Shown here piece by piece: positions 43,547-53,645 of a stretch of DNA of 64,000 nt (positions within the stretch are counted from its first letter, which is position 1; each line of letters begins with the position of its first letter). The stretch lies in IMG/VR virus record IMGVR_UViG_3300025000_000057; one strand, given 5' to 3'. The position numbers and the translations under genes are program-made. Under the pieces are notes generated by a model that saw only the letters and a program-made list of their open reading frames with translations, had not been told where the DNA came from and did not search any database. The stretch is from a virus (Duplodnaviria; Caudoviricetes).

Positions 43547-46405
43547 GTGATTTATATGATTGTACCAAGAGATTATCAGGCAGAGGCAGTACATGCGGTT
43601 AGAACACATTTTGTTAACCAGAATATCTGTCGGCAATTAGGCGTACTTCCTACGGCTAGTGGAAAGACCATTATCTTTTCATACATATTAATGGCTCGGA
43701 AAAGTAATGGCCCAGGTCTTGTGATAGCACACACTGACGAATTGCTAGGGCAAGCTCGAGATAAGATACTTCGAGTTTGGCCTCAAGCTCGTATAGGGTT
43801 AGTTAAAGCAGAAAACAATGACTGGCAAGATAAAGATGTTGTTGTTGCAAGTATCCAAACGCTATCAAAGGATAAAAGATTACAGCAATTCTCTTCTGAA
43901 TTCTTTGCTACAATCATCGTTGATGAGTGCCATCATGCCGTGGCCAGCTCGTATATTAAAGCCCTCGATCACCTTGCACCACGGGGTTCTAAAATCCTTG
44001 TAGTAGGTTGGACAGCAACCGCCAATAGAGGTGATAAATCCTCATTACGTAAAGTCTTCGATAAGATGGTCTTCTATAGAAGTGTCGACCAGATGGTACA
44101 GGCCGGCTGGTTGGTGCCGCCAATATCACAGTATGTTAATATAAACGCAGATTTCGGTAAGTTAAAAACAACAGCCGGAGACTTTAATAAACAAGAGATG
44201 GCTGATGAACTAAATACCGAAGAGAATAATAAGGATATCGTAAGAGCTTGGTGGAGATACGCCTGGACTCAAGGAAGGAAATGTACAATCTGTTTTACCG
44301 TAGACGTGAAACATGCTTATGCCTTACACCTATGGTTTACTAGGTGCCCTGGAGTAGTAGCAGAAGTAATCCATGGAGATAGTCCTGATCGTAAAGAGAT
44401 ACTCGAAAGATTCAAACTTGGTCAGATTAATGTCTTGTTAAACTGTCTTGATGAACAGACTGAAATACTAACAAGACGTGGTTGGGCTGGTATCGATGAT
44501 TTTAAGGATACTGATATGACTGCTGTATGGGATCAAGAAACAGACAAGATAACTTGGGAACCTGTTACTAATATCGTCCGTAGGAAGGTACAACCTGGTG
44601 AAAGAATGGTTACAGTCAGAAATCAGAGCTTAGATATACGAGTGACTGAAGGACACTCTATGAGAGTAGGAACTCGCAGTGGTGATTCTCCTATTTGGAA
44701 ATCAGTTAAAGCAGGTTCCTTACCAGAACAAACCAATCCTTATTATTTTCCTCTTAGTGGATATGCTGAACCCGAACAGATCAAAATGCCTGAAGTTAAG
44801 CGTCCTTCTAGTTCTATTAACCGTCAAATTAGTGCTCTATCTTACTATTATAGAAAGCAGGGTAATAGTAAAGATAAAGCTAAAGAACTCGCTACTAAAG
44901 CTGTCATGGATCGTATTAACTTTAACTATACTTCTTCTGATCAATTATCTTTAGATGACTGTAGATTCATTGGCCTATTTATAACAGACGGCCATTTTGA
45001 TAATAGCGAAGGGTATCGTGGTATTACAATAGGACAGTCATGGGTATATCCACAGCATCATCAAGAGATTAAGCGTATTCTGGAAAGTTGTGGGTTTGAT
45101 TATACTTATAATGAATCTGATAATATTAAAAGCTCTTATAAACAAGGTAGATATTGCATTCCAATAGGTAGTATAGGTGGTAAACTCAAGCGAGCTGGAT
45201 TTAAGAGGCTACTACCCTATTTAGATAAAGACGGTTCAGAATTACTGTTTAATCTGTGTAGGCAACAAGTTCAAGCTCTAATAGAAGGTATACATCTTGG
45301 AGATGGTAGTAAACATTATCATGAATATGGAGCTAATCCAAGAAAGAATCCTGGATGGGAAATATCTAAAACTAATAAAGTCCTATTTGATAAGTTACAG
45401 ATCTTATTGATATTGCGTGGCTTTCGAGCTTCTATGTCAGGCCCACGTATCCAACTTAATGGTACAAAACCCATATATACTTTGTACATTAGTGATAAGC
45501 AGTATCAATTAACGAATAATGCATCAGTTCCTACAAGTGGTGGAAATCCTGCTATCTTTGAGGATTTTATACTAGAAGAAAGAGTATGGTGTGTTACTAA
45601 TCAAACTCATACTATTATTACTCGTCGTAACGGTAAAGTAGTTATAATGGGTCAATGTATGGTGCTTACTGAAGGGTTTGACCATGAAGCTGTAGATTGT
45701 ATCTTAATAGCAAGACCTACAGTAAGTCAAGGTTTATATATGCAAATGATAGGTCGTGGATTAAGGCCGATCTTAGGCCCGGATGGTCGTGCTGACTTTA
45801 ATGCTAAGCCAAACTGTCTTGTACTCGATACCGTTGGTAACAGTGTAAACCATAAACTCGTAACTATGCCGATGGTTTATGGCGGCCAAGATTATAAGCC
45901 AAATACAACCAAGGCACGGGACGTAGCTAAACAATCCAAACCACGTAAGATTAGTCTTAAGCTCTATGGAGACTCCAGACAAGTTGGTGGTAGTGGTTTT
46001 ACAATGTTCCCATGGTTAGAGTTATCCTCAGAAGATATCGTACTTTCGTTTCCATTTAAACATCCATTTGCACTTCGGGTATGCTTTAACTTTGAGGTCA
46101 ATCAATGGCAGTATCAGCACTTCTATTACCAGGGAATGCAACCTTACGTACAAGTTAAAGCCTCTTACGATAATGCAGCTTCGGCTATTATTCAGGCCGA
46201 GGCAGATGCGGTTGTTATCGCAAGAGACCCTAAGAAACTAGCTAATGATGCTTATTGGCGTAAGAAGAAGGTCTCAGAAAAACAGAAAGAGACTTTAGCT
46301 AAGTTAAAGATAACTCTCGAAGACATAAATTCATTAACGATTGGTGAAGTAAGTGATATTATAACCAGTCATGTAATGAACCATGCAATATTACGACTAA
46401 ATTAG
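43547..46405 (+). CDS. Superfamily II (DExH) helicase containing an intein
   Basis: PRDYQ, LPTASGKT, IAHTDEL, VDECHH, TATANR, LLN|CMVLTEGFD, QMIGRGLR. Confidence 0.92.
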   Translation: MIYMIVPRDYQAEAVHAVRTHFVNQNICRQLGVLPTASGKTIIFSYILMARKSNGPGLVIAHTDELLGQARDKILRVWPQARIGLVKAENNDWQDKDVVVASIQTLSKDKRLQQFSSEFFATIIVDECHHAVASSYIKALDHLAPRGSKILVVGWTATANRGDKSSLRKVFDKMVFYRSVDQMVQAGWLVPPISQYVNINADFGKLKTTAGDFNKQEMADELNTEENNKDIVRAWWRYAWTQGRKCTICFTVDVKHAYALHLWFTRCPGVVAEVIHGDSPDRKEILERFKLGQINVLLNCLDEQTEILTRRGWAGIDDFKDTDMTAVWDQETDKITWEPVTNIVRRKVQPGERMVTVRNQSLDIRVTEGHSMRVGTRSGDSPIWKSVKAGSLPEQTNPYYFPLSGYAEPEQIKMPEVKRPSSSINRQISALSYYYRKQGNSKDKAKELATKAVMDRINFNYTSSDQLSLDDCRFIGLFITDGHFDNSEGYRGITIGQSWVYPQHHQEIKRILESCGFDYTYNESDNIKSSYKQGRYCIPIGSIGGKLKRAGFKRLLPYLDKDGSELLFNLCRQQVQALIEGIHLGDGSKHYHEYGANPRKNPGWEISKTNKVLFDKLQILLILRGFRASMSGPRIQLNGTKPIYTLYISDKQYQLTNNASVPTSGGNPAIFEDFILEERVWCVTNQTHTIITRRNGKVVIMGQCMVLTEGFDHEAVDCILIARPTVSQGLYMQMIGRGLRPILGPDGRADFNAKPNCLVLDTVGNSVNHKLVTMPMVYGGQDYKPNTTKARDVAKQSKPRKISLKLYGDSRQVGGSGFTMFPWLELSSEDIVLSFPFKHPFALRVCFNFEVNQWQYQHFYYQGMQPYVQVKASYDNAASAIIQAEADAVVIARDPKKLANDAYWRKKKVSEKQKETLAKLKITLEDINSLTIGEVSDIITSHVMNHAILRLN
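44444..45655 (+). mobile_element. 404-aa intein with LAGLIDADG homing endonuclease, C-terminal Gln
   Basis: Begins CLDEQTEILTRRGW; block B VTEGHSM; FIGLFITDGH and LIEGIHLGDGS; ends VWCVT..IITRRNGKVVIMGQ followed by +1 Cys. Confidence 0.88.
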
Positions 46406-46430
46406 ATCATTTAGTAGAATGGAGGGTTAA

Positions 46431-46712
46431 ATGAACTGGTTAAAGAAATTATTAAAGATAGTAGATAAACCTAATCATCAGGTAGAGAACAAAGCTATAA
46501 AGAAAGTACAATGGGAAAAGTATGAATTCAAGGGCAAGAATAAGAACCTCTGTCCTTTTTGCGAAGGTACGTTAGTAGAGGGGCCGTATTTGAATGTAGC
46601 CTGTATTAAGTGCTTTGCCCAATTCTGTATAAGCCTATTTGGTAATGATTATGTTGGTGATGCTGATGCAGTTAGAATGAAATGGGCTTATGGATATAGA
46701 CAATCTCAATAA
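46431..46712 (+). CDS. Zn-ribbon protein
   Basis: CPFC...CIKC. Confidence 0.7.
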   Translation: MNWLKKLLKIVDKPNHQVENKAIKKVQWEKYEFKGKNKNLCPFCEGTLVEGPYLNVACIKCFAQFCISLFGNDYVGDADAVRMKWAYGYRQSQ

Positions 46713-46748
46713 AATGAAAGCTATGGCTGAAGAACGGAGGTGCTATAA

Positions 46749-47465
46749 ATGTTCTACACAGAGATAGATCTTAATAATAGGCAGGCTATGATTTATTTCC
46801 TAAAATGTCACTTCAGGTATAACACCATGAATAGCTGGAATAGAACAACCAGTTATGCTAATAATGTCAAGCTACATAATCTGAATATACCTAAAGAGCT
46901 TATGAATACAGCCTATAAAATGCTCGAAGTGGATGAGGTAGATGACGAAATACGTAGGGCTATGCGAGAATGGGCAGCAGATCGCGATTACGTTTGGCAA
47001 GTTGGCTTTAACGGTAGAAGTAATGGCTATTTGGTATTATACCAGGGTGGTAGTAAGCGCTCAGAATACAAATCTTGCTGTGCAAATTGTGGACAGAGGA
47101 ACTTCAAGGCGGTAATGCCTAAGAATCCTACCCCGGAATGGCTGAAAGCTAATAAGGACTGGTATACCAAGGATAGTAAGTGCGGTGTTTGCGGGGCTAA
47201 TGCCAGGGTAAACTACATCAAACCTCCGCTTGAGGTATTCTCTTATTCAGGTAAGAGCGTTGATATGCATGAAGACTTCGAAGAATGGGATGATAGTAGC
47301 CTTAGAAGTCGTGTTGAACTGATTCAGGAGTTCGATAAACTATGCGACAAGTTAGCAGATATGTTTATTAATATGTGTAAGAACTATACTGTTGAAAAAG
47401 AGGTCATTATGGTTCCTAAGACAGTCATGGTCTTAAGAGCGTGTGAGACAGAGGTGGTAGAATGA
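46749..47465 (+). CDS. Hypothetical protein with a Zn-finger insert
   Basis: HFRYNTMNSWN..GFNGRSNGYLVLY..CANC..CGVC. Confidence 0.75.
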   Translation: MFYTEIDLNNRQAMIYFLKCHFRYNTMNSWNRTTSYANNVKLHNLNIPKELMNTAYKMLEVDEVDDEIRRAMREWAADRDYVWQVGFNGRSNGYLVLYQGGSKRSEYKSCCANCGQRNFKAVMPKNPTPEWLKANKDWYTKDSKCGVCGANARVNYIKPPLEVFSYSGKSVDMHEDFEEWDDSSLRSRVELIQEFDKLCDKLADMFINMCKNYTVEKEVIMVPKTVMVLRACETEVVE

Positions 47466-47731
47466 ACATGATTACTATAGTCGGATGGATAGGATTTACC
47501 CTATCGATGATAGGGTATTACTTCGTAATTAAGAAGAATGTAATAGGCTTTTACGTATGGTCTATATCTAATGTCGTATTGCTTATAATAGGTATCGTAC
47601 AAAAGGATTGGCCCCAAGCGGCTTTATTCCTCTGTTACTCTATTACTAATGTAATAGGAATAAGACAATGGCGCAAGGATATCAAAGACTTTGAGCTAAA
47701 TCTATTCAGAAAGCTTAAATCATATAAATAG
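47462..47731 (+). CDS. Small three-helix membrane protein (PnuC-like)
   Basis: IGFYVWSISNVVL..ALFLCYSITNVIGIRQW. Confidence 0.55.
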   Translation: MNMITIVGWIGFTLSMIGYYFVIKKNVIGFYVWSISNVVLLIIGIVQKDWPQAALFLCYSITNVIGIRQWRKDIKDFELNLFRKLKSYK

Positions 47732-47740
47732 GAGGCAGTA

Positions 47741-47911
47741 ATGCGGATTATATATACAATCGAAGATAAAGAAGACCTTGAAGGAGTTAGAGATGCTATA
47801 AACGAAGTTATGAAACGATATCCAGAGAATAGCTCAGAATGGAATAAACTAAACGAACTTTGGTGTATGACTGATAAGCTTATTCGAAACGTAGGAGGTT
47901 GTAATGAGTAA
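47741..47911 (+). CDS. 56-aa protein (not in ORF track)
   Basis: AGGAGG RBS; MRIIYTIEDKED...GGCNE*. Confidence 0.65.
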   Translation: MRIIYTIEDKEDLEGVRDAINEVMKRYPENSSEWNKLNELWCMTDKLIRNVGGCNE

Positions 47912-48770
47912 GTTAATGTTGATTGATGGTAATAATTTATTATGCAGAGCCTATTATACACCCGGATACGCAGACCTTACACATAATGGAGCATCTGATG
48001 GTTTACCAACAGGTGCCGTATTCGGGTTTATGAAGATGTTGTCTAATGTACTTAGTTCCCGGCAGCCAAGTTACCTGGTCGTTTGTTTTGACACGGAACG
48101 CCGGTGTTGGCGTAATAACATATATCCAGAATATAAGGCTAACAGAAATGACACCCCGGAGAAATTAGTACCTCAGAAGAAGTACATTCGAGAGTGTCTT
48201 ACAGCCTTTAATATTCACTGGATAGAAAGACAAGGGTTTGAGGCTGACGATATAATAGCCTCTATCGTAGCCAATGTAGGTACTCTAGGTATCTTTGACG
48301 ATATCAGTGTACTAACAGGAGATCGTGATTTATTACAGCTTGTCAGTGATATAGTAACGGTACTTATCACTACTAAGGGAGTTTCAGAGATAGTAGATTA
48401 TACCCCTCTTAATATTGTAGAGTTATACGGCTGCCCGGCAGACCAGGTTCCGGCATTAAAAGCGCTGGCTGGAGACCATAGTGATAATATCCCAGGTATT
48501 CCATCTGTCGGTACTAAGAAGGCTGTTAAGCTGTTAGAAACTTACGGTTCCTTGGAAGGTATCTTAAGTAATATTGATACCATTCAAGGGAAACTTGGAG
48601 ACAATATGCGAGAGCATAAAGATAAGATACTTCTTTATGAAAGGATTACTACGCTATCAAAAGATTGTTCCTTACAACTTTCCATAGATTTATGGGAGCT
48701 GAATTTAACCCTTGAACGAGGTTATGCCTTATTATCTGAATTCGGTATTAAGAAAGTTCGTTTCATTTAA
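47904..48770 (+). CDS. 5'-3' exonuclease / flap endonuclease (Pol I N-terminal-like)
   Basis: LIDGNNLLCRAYY, CFD, YKANR, GFEADDII, TGDRDLLQL, AGDHSDNIPGIPSVGTKKA. Confidence 0.93.
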   Translation: MSKLMLIDGNNLLCRAYYTPGYADLTHNGASDGLPTGAVFGFMKMLSNVLSSRQPSYLVVCFDTERRCWRNNIYPEYKANRNDTPEKLVPQKKYIRECLTAFNIHWIERQGFEADDIIASIVANVGTLGIFDDISVLTGDRDLLQLVSDIVTVLITTKGVSEIVDYTPLNIVELYGCPADQVPALKALAGDHSDNIPGIPSVGTKKAVKLLETYGSLEGILSNIDTIQGKLGDNMREHKDKILLYERITTLSKDCSLQLSIDLWELNLTLERGYALLSEFGIKKVRFI

Positions 48771-48989
48771 TTGGCTATACAGATTTATATAGGTATTTGC
48801 CAATGTGGTAAACCTATCTACAAACGGGGCGTAACTGGCCCAAACCCGAAGGTATGTAAGGACTGTGCTATCGTGGCTAAAAGAAAATCTAATCCTAAGT
48901 CTATAAGAGCTAAAGATAACCCGGATTACTATCGAGGTTGGCTCGCTAAGTTAATCCTAAACATTGATATGTTATATGGAGATAAATAA
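48771..48989 (+). CDS. Small Zn-finger protein
   Basis: CQCG..CKDC. Confidence 0.6.
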   Translation: MAIQIYIGICQCGKPIYKRGVTGPNPKVCKDCAIVAKRKSNPKSIRAKDNPDYYRGWLAKLILNIDMLYGDK

Positions 48990-49192
48990 TGTGTGATATT
49001 AGAGCCATTCGGAGAGATAAGTGGAGGTTTGAATCCTGCATTTATCTCTCTGCTTGTATTTTAATTAAGAAGTTTGAGACTAAGTTATCCGTACCGGAGA
49101 TTAAGGTCTTATTAAGGACTCAATGCTCTCGGTGTAACAAATATGTCAAAAAGGATATAGGTGATTACCGAGCCTATCCTAGAAAAAGATAA
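48989..49192 (+). CDS. Small Cys protein
   Basis: 67 aa, TAATG coupling. Confidence 0.6.
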   Translation: MCDIRAIRRDKWRFESCIYLSACILIKKFETKLSVPEIKVLLRTQCSRCNKYVKKDIGDYRAYPRKR

Positions 49193-49208
49193 GGAGTTTT
49201 ATGAGTAA

Positions 49209-49469
49209 ATGACTATTTTAGAACATGTAAAAGGTATGCTTACAGAACATGGTATGACTAATAAACAGGTCAATCAATTAATGGAAAGTATCATGAAATC
49301 TGAGCTAAATGAAAAACTAGATATGACCGGGCGCTGGAATGATAAGACATCGGATTATCCATCGGCTATGATAAGTTATCTTACCGGAATTATTGGACAC
49401 GAAGCATTTAACTGGCTTAAAGAGAATTACCCCGAAGCTTGGTGTATTCCGTTATTTGAAGCAAAATGA
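49209..49469 (+). CDS. Hypothetical protein
   Basis: 86 aa. Confidence 0.7.
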   Translation: MTILEHVKGMLTEHGMTNKQVNQLMESIMKSELNEKLDMTGRWNDKTSDYPSAMISYLTGIIGHEAFNWLKENYPEAWCIPLFEAK

Positions 49470-49478
49470 GGTGATATT

Positions 49479-49850
49479 TTGGAACTTGTAGCTAATATGT
49501 TAGCTAATTTCGATGTCAAAGATTTGTATGCGGGAGATCCGGAAGGCGAACCCTTTGCTATACGTATCTCGGCAAAATGCTGGATACCCATATCTATTAT
49601 GATATTTGCTAAAGATGAAGATGATGCAAAACAGCGAATCTTGAATGCTATAAAGGCATATGTAAATCGCTGCTCGGAACAAATTAAGTCATGCAATACT
49701 CTCAATAGTTCATGTAGTTATTATGAACTATTACTAAATCGGTGTAATCGTATATTGGAAATAGTAGAAAACGGCGGAATGAAAGTTGAGCGATTTGATA
49801 AACGGTATATAGCTAAAGTACCGTGGGCTGCTAATGATTATTTAGTGTGA
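49479..49850 (+). CDS. Hypothetical protein
   Basis: GAGGTG RBS, TTG start. Confidence 0.7.
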   Translation: MELVANMLANFDVKDLYAGDPEGEPFAIRISAKCWIPISIMIFAKDEDDAKQRILNAIKAYVNRCSEQIKSCNTLNSSCSYYELLLNRCNRILEIVENGGMKVERFDKRYIAKVPWAANDYLV

Positions 49851-50014
49851 GGTGATATTCTTGAAGTTTAGATACGGCTTAATTACAGCACTTATCGCAA
49901 TCTTACTGATTTGCTAATTGAAAACTGGACAGAGTTTTTAGCTTTAGTCTAATTATTCATGTATGAAACATTACTACATGGGACATACTACACTTAATAA
50001 AGGAGGTATGTTCT

Positions 50015-50362
50015 ATGATGCAGTTAAACGATTTCTTCGGTGATGATTTAGAGGTTACATTGCCAGAGGTATTTACTTGCCTAGTGTGTAATGGTGTTAT
50101 AGCAGCAAGGACGCCCAGTTTCTCTACTAATTACGCTCATACGGACGATAAAGATTTCGCACTACAGATAGCACTTGTAAAACACGGTTACTTCCTTAAA
50201 ACCTGGGAAAATAAGAATGTGTTAAACTCTGATATATTCCCGTATAAATGTGATTGTGATTGTAAGCATGAATGGAAAGAGATACCCGGTGGTGTTATGT
50301 TTGAACATGAATTTATATGTAAACATTGCGACCATATAATAACGGTTGATTATTCAGATTAA
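50015..50362 (+). CDS. Zn-ribbon protein
   Basis: CLVC..CDCDCKH..CKHC. Confidence 0.75.
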   Translation: MMQLNDFFGDDLEVTLPEVFTCLVCNGVIAARTPSFSTNYAHTDDKDFALQIALVKHGYFLKTWENKNVLNSDIFPYKCDCDCKHEWKEIPGGVMFEHEFICKHCDHIITVDYSD

Positions 50363-50370
50363 GGAGGGTA

Positions 50371-51033
50371 TTGATGAAAATATTAATAATTGTTGATGGA
50401 AGGTGTGTAGTAGATGTAATCACAGACGAGAAAGTAGATATAAGAGTCTTGGATTACGATACTGAAAGTGCAGATGCGTTAGATGTTGTTAATATCGACA
50501 ACGGAGATTACACTGGTAGTGCTTATGTTTATAATGGTATTAGAGAATCAAAGGTTGAACCTAAGATAGTAAATTACAACTTCGAAGAAATCGACCGACA
50601 ACTGAATGAACCTAAGTATATGTGCTTTAATTGTCTGGAAGTATTCTTCGCTAGGGATTGGAACGATGCTACCAACAAAGAGTACCCTGACAATACAGCT
50701 AAATTGCCGGAAGATTATATTCTAAATAACCATACTGTATCTACGGTAGGACAAAAAGAGAGTAATGCTAGTTTGCCAGTTTTTGTATGTCCGCTTTGCA
50801 ATGCTAAACTAATGACAAATAAACTTATCTTAGTAATAGATATTACAGACGAGAATCTAGAAAAACTATGGGATAAATTAACCGATATACCTACTAATGA
50901 TTCTGACGAGATTGATCAACAGTTTTATAACTGGCCCGTCGGAACATTTCGGGAAGATATATGGAAATGGTTTGATACAAATCATTCAAAGGGTGTTTAC
51001 TATCTTATGCATGAGAGAAATAAGAAAGGATAG
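50371..51033 (+). CDS. Hypothetical multi-module protein
   Basis: CFNC..CPLC; C-terminal FYNWPVGTFREDIWKWFD. Confidence 0.75.
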   Translation: MMKILIIVDGRCVVDVITDEKVDIRVLDYDTESADALDVVNIDNGDYTGSAYVYNGIRESKVEPKIVNYNFEEIDRQLNEPKYMCFNCLEVFFARDWNDATNKEYPDNTAKLPEDYILNNHTVSTVGQKESNASLPVFVCPLCNAKLMTNKLILVIDITDENLEKLWDKLTDIPTNDSDEIDQQFYNWPVGTFREDIWKWFDTNHSKGVYYLMHERNKKG

Positions 51034-51040
51034 TAGTAAC

Positions 51041-51187
51041 ATGCAATGCAATATTACCATAGTTGCTAATACAGAAGAGGATATCATAATAGCCTTAGAA
51101 GAGGTTATGAGAAAAGTATCCGAGGGATATACGAGCGGCATGGATTCTGGTGAAACGGGTAGTTACGACTTTAATATCGAGGACTAA
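51041..51187 (+). CDS. 48-aa acidic protein
   Basis: Start moved to ATG 51041 after AAAGGA. Confidence 0.6.
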   Translation: MQCNITIVANTEEDIIIALEEVMRKVSEGYTSGMDSGETGSYDFNIED

Positions 51188-51197
51188 TAACTAAATA

Positions 51198-51233
51198 ATA
51201 TAATACGGGCCTGAAAATGGGCCCGTATTATAT
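51198..51233. repeat. Perfect 14-bp inverted repeat
   Basis: atataatacgggcc-tgaaaatg-ggcccgtattatat. Confidence 0.8.
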
Positions 51234-51236
51234 AAG

Positions 51237-51488
51237 GTGAAAGAAGGTGAGTTAGTGTCAGATAATTGTGTCTGTCCTAGATGCAATGGTGAGTTTGTTC
51301 TTACTGAGACAGTTATTTATGAAATTGATAAAGCTGGTTATGGTTATACGAATAATCCAGTTAATTCGGAAAGTGAATTATCCTGCAAAACTTGTAACTA
51401 TAAACCAAGTTTTGGTATAGACGTTAACGGCAAAGTTACACTGGAGGTGAATAATGATGAAGAAGATAGAGTGGTTAACTCCGAATAA
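51237..51488 (+). CDS. Zn-ribbon protein
   Basis: CPRC..CKTC. Confidence 0.65.
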   Translation: MKEGELVSDNCVCPRCNGEFVLTETVIYEIDKAGYGYTNNPVNSESELSCKTCNYKPSFGIDVNGKVTLEVNNDEEDRVVNSE

Positions 51489-51927
51489 AATAAAGTTCGA
51501 GTCGCCTCACAAGGTATTTAACCAACAGTGTAAATTAATCAGTACAGGTAATATCATAAGTGATACTCAGATAGGTTTCTTTATCAGGCCTTATCACGAT
51601 CTTTATTGCAATGGTGTAATGTTCGAGACAGGTCATCTTCAAAGAACAGATCTTCTCTCGTTTGATAACCTGCCATCCAAAGTAAGAGAGTATATTAGGG
51701 AGAAAGGTGAAAGACAAACTTTAATCCTCTACGAGTTTAGGCATTGGTATAAGGATAAGAATCGTAGAGATGTAAAGGTTCTTCACGGTTATGTAATTAC
51801 AAGCTATCATCATGAGCATATTGCTACGTTTCGTACTAATACCTTATGGAAGAGCCAGGAAATATTAAAAGAAGCTATCCAGTATGTAATTGATGGCGAG
51901 GCTTCTGGTGAGATAATATATCTGTAG
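51454..51927 (+). CDS. Hypothetical protein
   Basis: GGAGGTG RBS. Confidence 0.75.
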   Translation: MMKKIEWLTPNKIKFESPHKVFNQQCKLISTGNIISDTQIGFFIRPYHDLYCNGVMFETGHLQRTDLLSFDNLPSKVREYIREKGERQTLILYEFRHWYKDKNRRDVKVLHGYVITSYHHEHIATFRTNTLWKSQEILKEAIQYVIDGEASGEIIYL

Positions 51928-51937
51928 GAGTGATGTA

Positions 51938-52294
51938 ATGAAATTACCCGAACTAGCCGTTTGTGCTATTAGTAACGCTATATACACGATCCTGTTATTA
52001 GCTAAGGTACGAGTTACTTATAATGAGATCGAGGTAGAATTCGAACGGACAATATCTGAAACTTTTGATAGCTTTATTGACAAGATGGATAATGCTATCA
52101 AAGGAAATGATGAAGTCTTAGCGGTAGTTAAAGAAGAACTTGTATACGAGTTAACGGAAGGTAACTATTTCGATAAGTCGCAAGACTTTACCCATGATTT
52201 AGGGATTTATCTTGAAGAACGTACAAGTGCTACTCTCGAAGTGATAAACTGGTTTATCACGGTAGCAGAGGAGGCTAAACATGGAAGAGAATAA
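51938..52294 (+). CDS. Acidic hypothetical protein
   Basis: AGGAGTG RBS. Confidence 0.75.
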   Translation: MKLPELAVCAISNAIYTILLLAKVRVTYNEIEVEFERTISETFDSFIDKMDNAIKGNDEVLAVVKEELVYELTEGNYFDKSQDFTHDLGIYLEERTSATLEVINWFITVAEEAKHGRE

Positions 52295-52799
52295 ATACCG
52301 GGTAGTTATCCCGGCTAAGATTATTGATGTATGCGCTCCGGATGAGACAACGGCATGTCAAGATGCTGAGGAGATTGCCGGAGGAGAGCGCGGAAGCTGG
52401 ACGATTATTAATCTTAACGAAGGGCAATTAGCCTGTCCGCATTGCGGTGTTGTAGGAAATATCGTAGAAATCATAGAAAGCGTAACAATTAAATATCCCA
52501 TCGTAGGTACACACGTTGTAACAGACGCTCCAATTATAATTGAGAACCCCAAACTCAGTAAAGGGTATTGTAGATGCGACTCCTGTTATAGAAGAGTCGA
52601 TATTGATGATTTATTAAGTGATATGATTCCAAAAATAACAAAGCCGGATCAACCACTTATAGGTGCTATTAATCGTTTAGCTGCCGCTATTGAAGAATAT
52701 AATAAGCATGCAGCGGTTTGTAACCCTACAGATAACCGTCTTAGCGAAGAGAGAATTCAACAGGTCAAAGAATACCTAGACAGGGCAGATGATGGTTAA
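52281..52799 (+). CDS. Zn-ribbon protein
   Basis: CPHC..CRCDSC. Confidence 0.75.
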   Translation: MEENKYRVVIPAKIIDVCAPDETTACQDAEEIAGGERGSWTIINLNEGQLACPHCGVVGNIVEIIESVTIKYPIVGTHVVTDAPIIIENPKLSKGYCRCDSCYRRVDIDDLLSDMIPKITKPDQPLIGAINRLAAAIEEYNKHAAVCNPTDNRLSEERIQQVKEYLDRADDG

Positions 52800-53197
52800 T
52801 GCTAAAACCGTTAGAGGTAACTAGAACATGGACTGGTGCTGATAATAAGCAGTATAAACTTATTGATGGTATTATCTATAATGCAGATACTCCTGATAAT
52901 CTTATTAGAATTTTGCAAATCCTGGCACAGAATGGGACTAGAGTACACATCTATTTTGGAAATAGTAATATCGGTACCGGATATATCAAAGTTTGTGATA
53001 AGAATTTAAGATTAGTATCCAAGAAAAATATACAGAGCGGACTTCTAATTCGAGGTCATGAAGATATAACTAAGATTACTAGAAGTATCAAACCTTATAA
53101 CGTTTACTATACTCGGACAGAAGAAAGTATAAATGACTTCGAATTGATCTTATCTAGAATTATAGAGATAAGCGAAGAGGTGGATGATATTGAATAA
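52799..53197 (+). CDS. Hypothetical protein, paralogue of 53184-53627
   Basis: YKLIDGIIYNADTPDNLIRILQ..RVHIYFG. Confidence 0.75.
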   Translation: MLKPLEVTRTWTGADNKQYKLIDGIIYNADTPDNLIRILQILAQNGTRVHIYFGNSNIGTGYIKVCDKNLRLVSKKNIQSGLLIRGHEDITKITRSIKPYNVYYTRTEESINDFELILSRIIEISEEVDDIE

Positions 53198-53627
53198 GAT
53201 CAAATGCGAAACGTATACAAACGATAACGGTATTAAGTTTAAGATTATAAATAATACCGCTTATCACGAAGAGACACCTGATCAGGTTGTTACTATCTTG
53301 GATAATGCTATATCGAGCAAGTATCGTGTACGATTACATTATGGGGATGTTAAAACTGGCCGAGATTGGCAAGAAATTTATGATATAGAAGGGTATATTG
53401 GAAGATCGACCGGTACTCTTAAAATCCCTCTTCTAGTGCATAATAGCCGGAGCTTGGGTGGTGGTGCTATACTCGATCATTGTATAGTTAAGATTACTAC
53501 AACCAGAAAGCCTAGGCGAACACTCTATCAGCATCCAGATTATCATATTGCGGATGAATCTGAAGTTATAATATCGGAACTTATTGAGGTTATATTACGA
53601 ATTGGAGAAGAGGTTCAAGCCATATAA
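53184..53627 (+). CDS. Hypothetical protein, paralogue of 52799-53197
   Basis: FKIINNTAYHEETPDQVVTILD..RVRLHYG..GYIGRSTG. Confidence 0.75.
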   Translation: MILNKIKCETYTNDNGIKFKIINNTAYHEETPDQVVTILDNAISSKYRVRLHYGDVKTGRDWQEIYDIEGYIGRSTGTLKIPLLVHNSRSLGGGAILDHCIVKITTTRKPRRTLYQHPDYHIADESEVIISELIEVILRIGEEVQAI

Positions 53628-53645
53628 TACTTTACTCAGAGGAGG

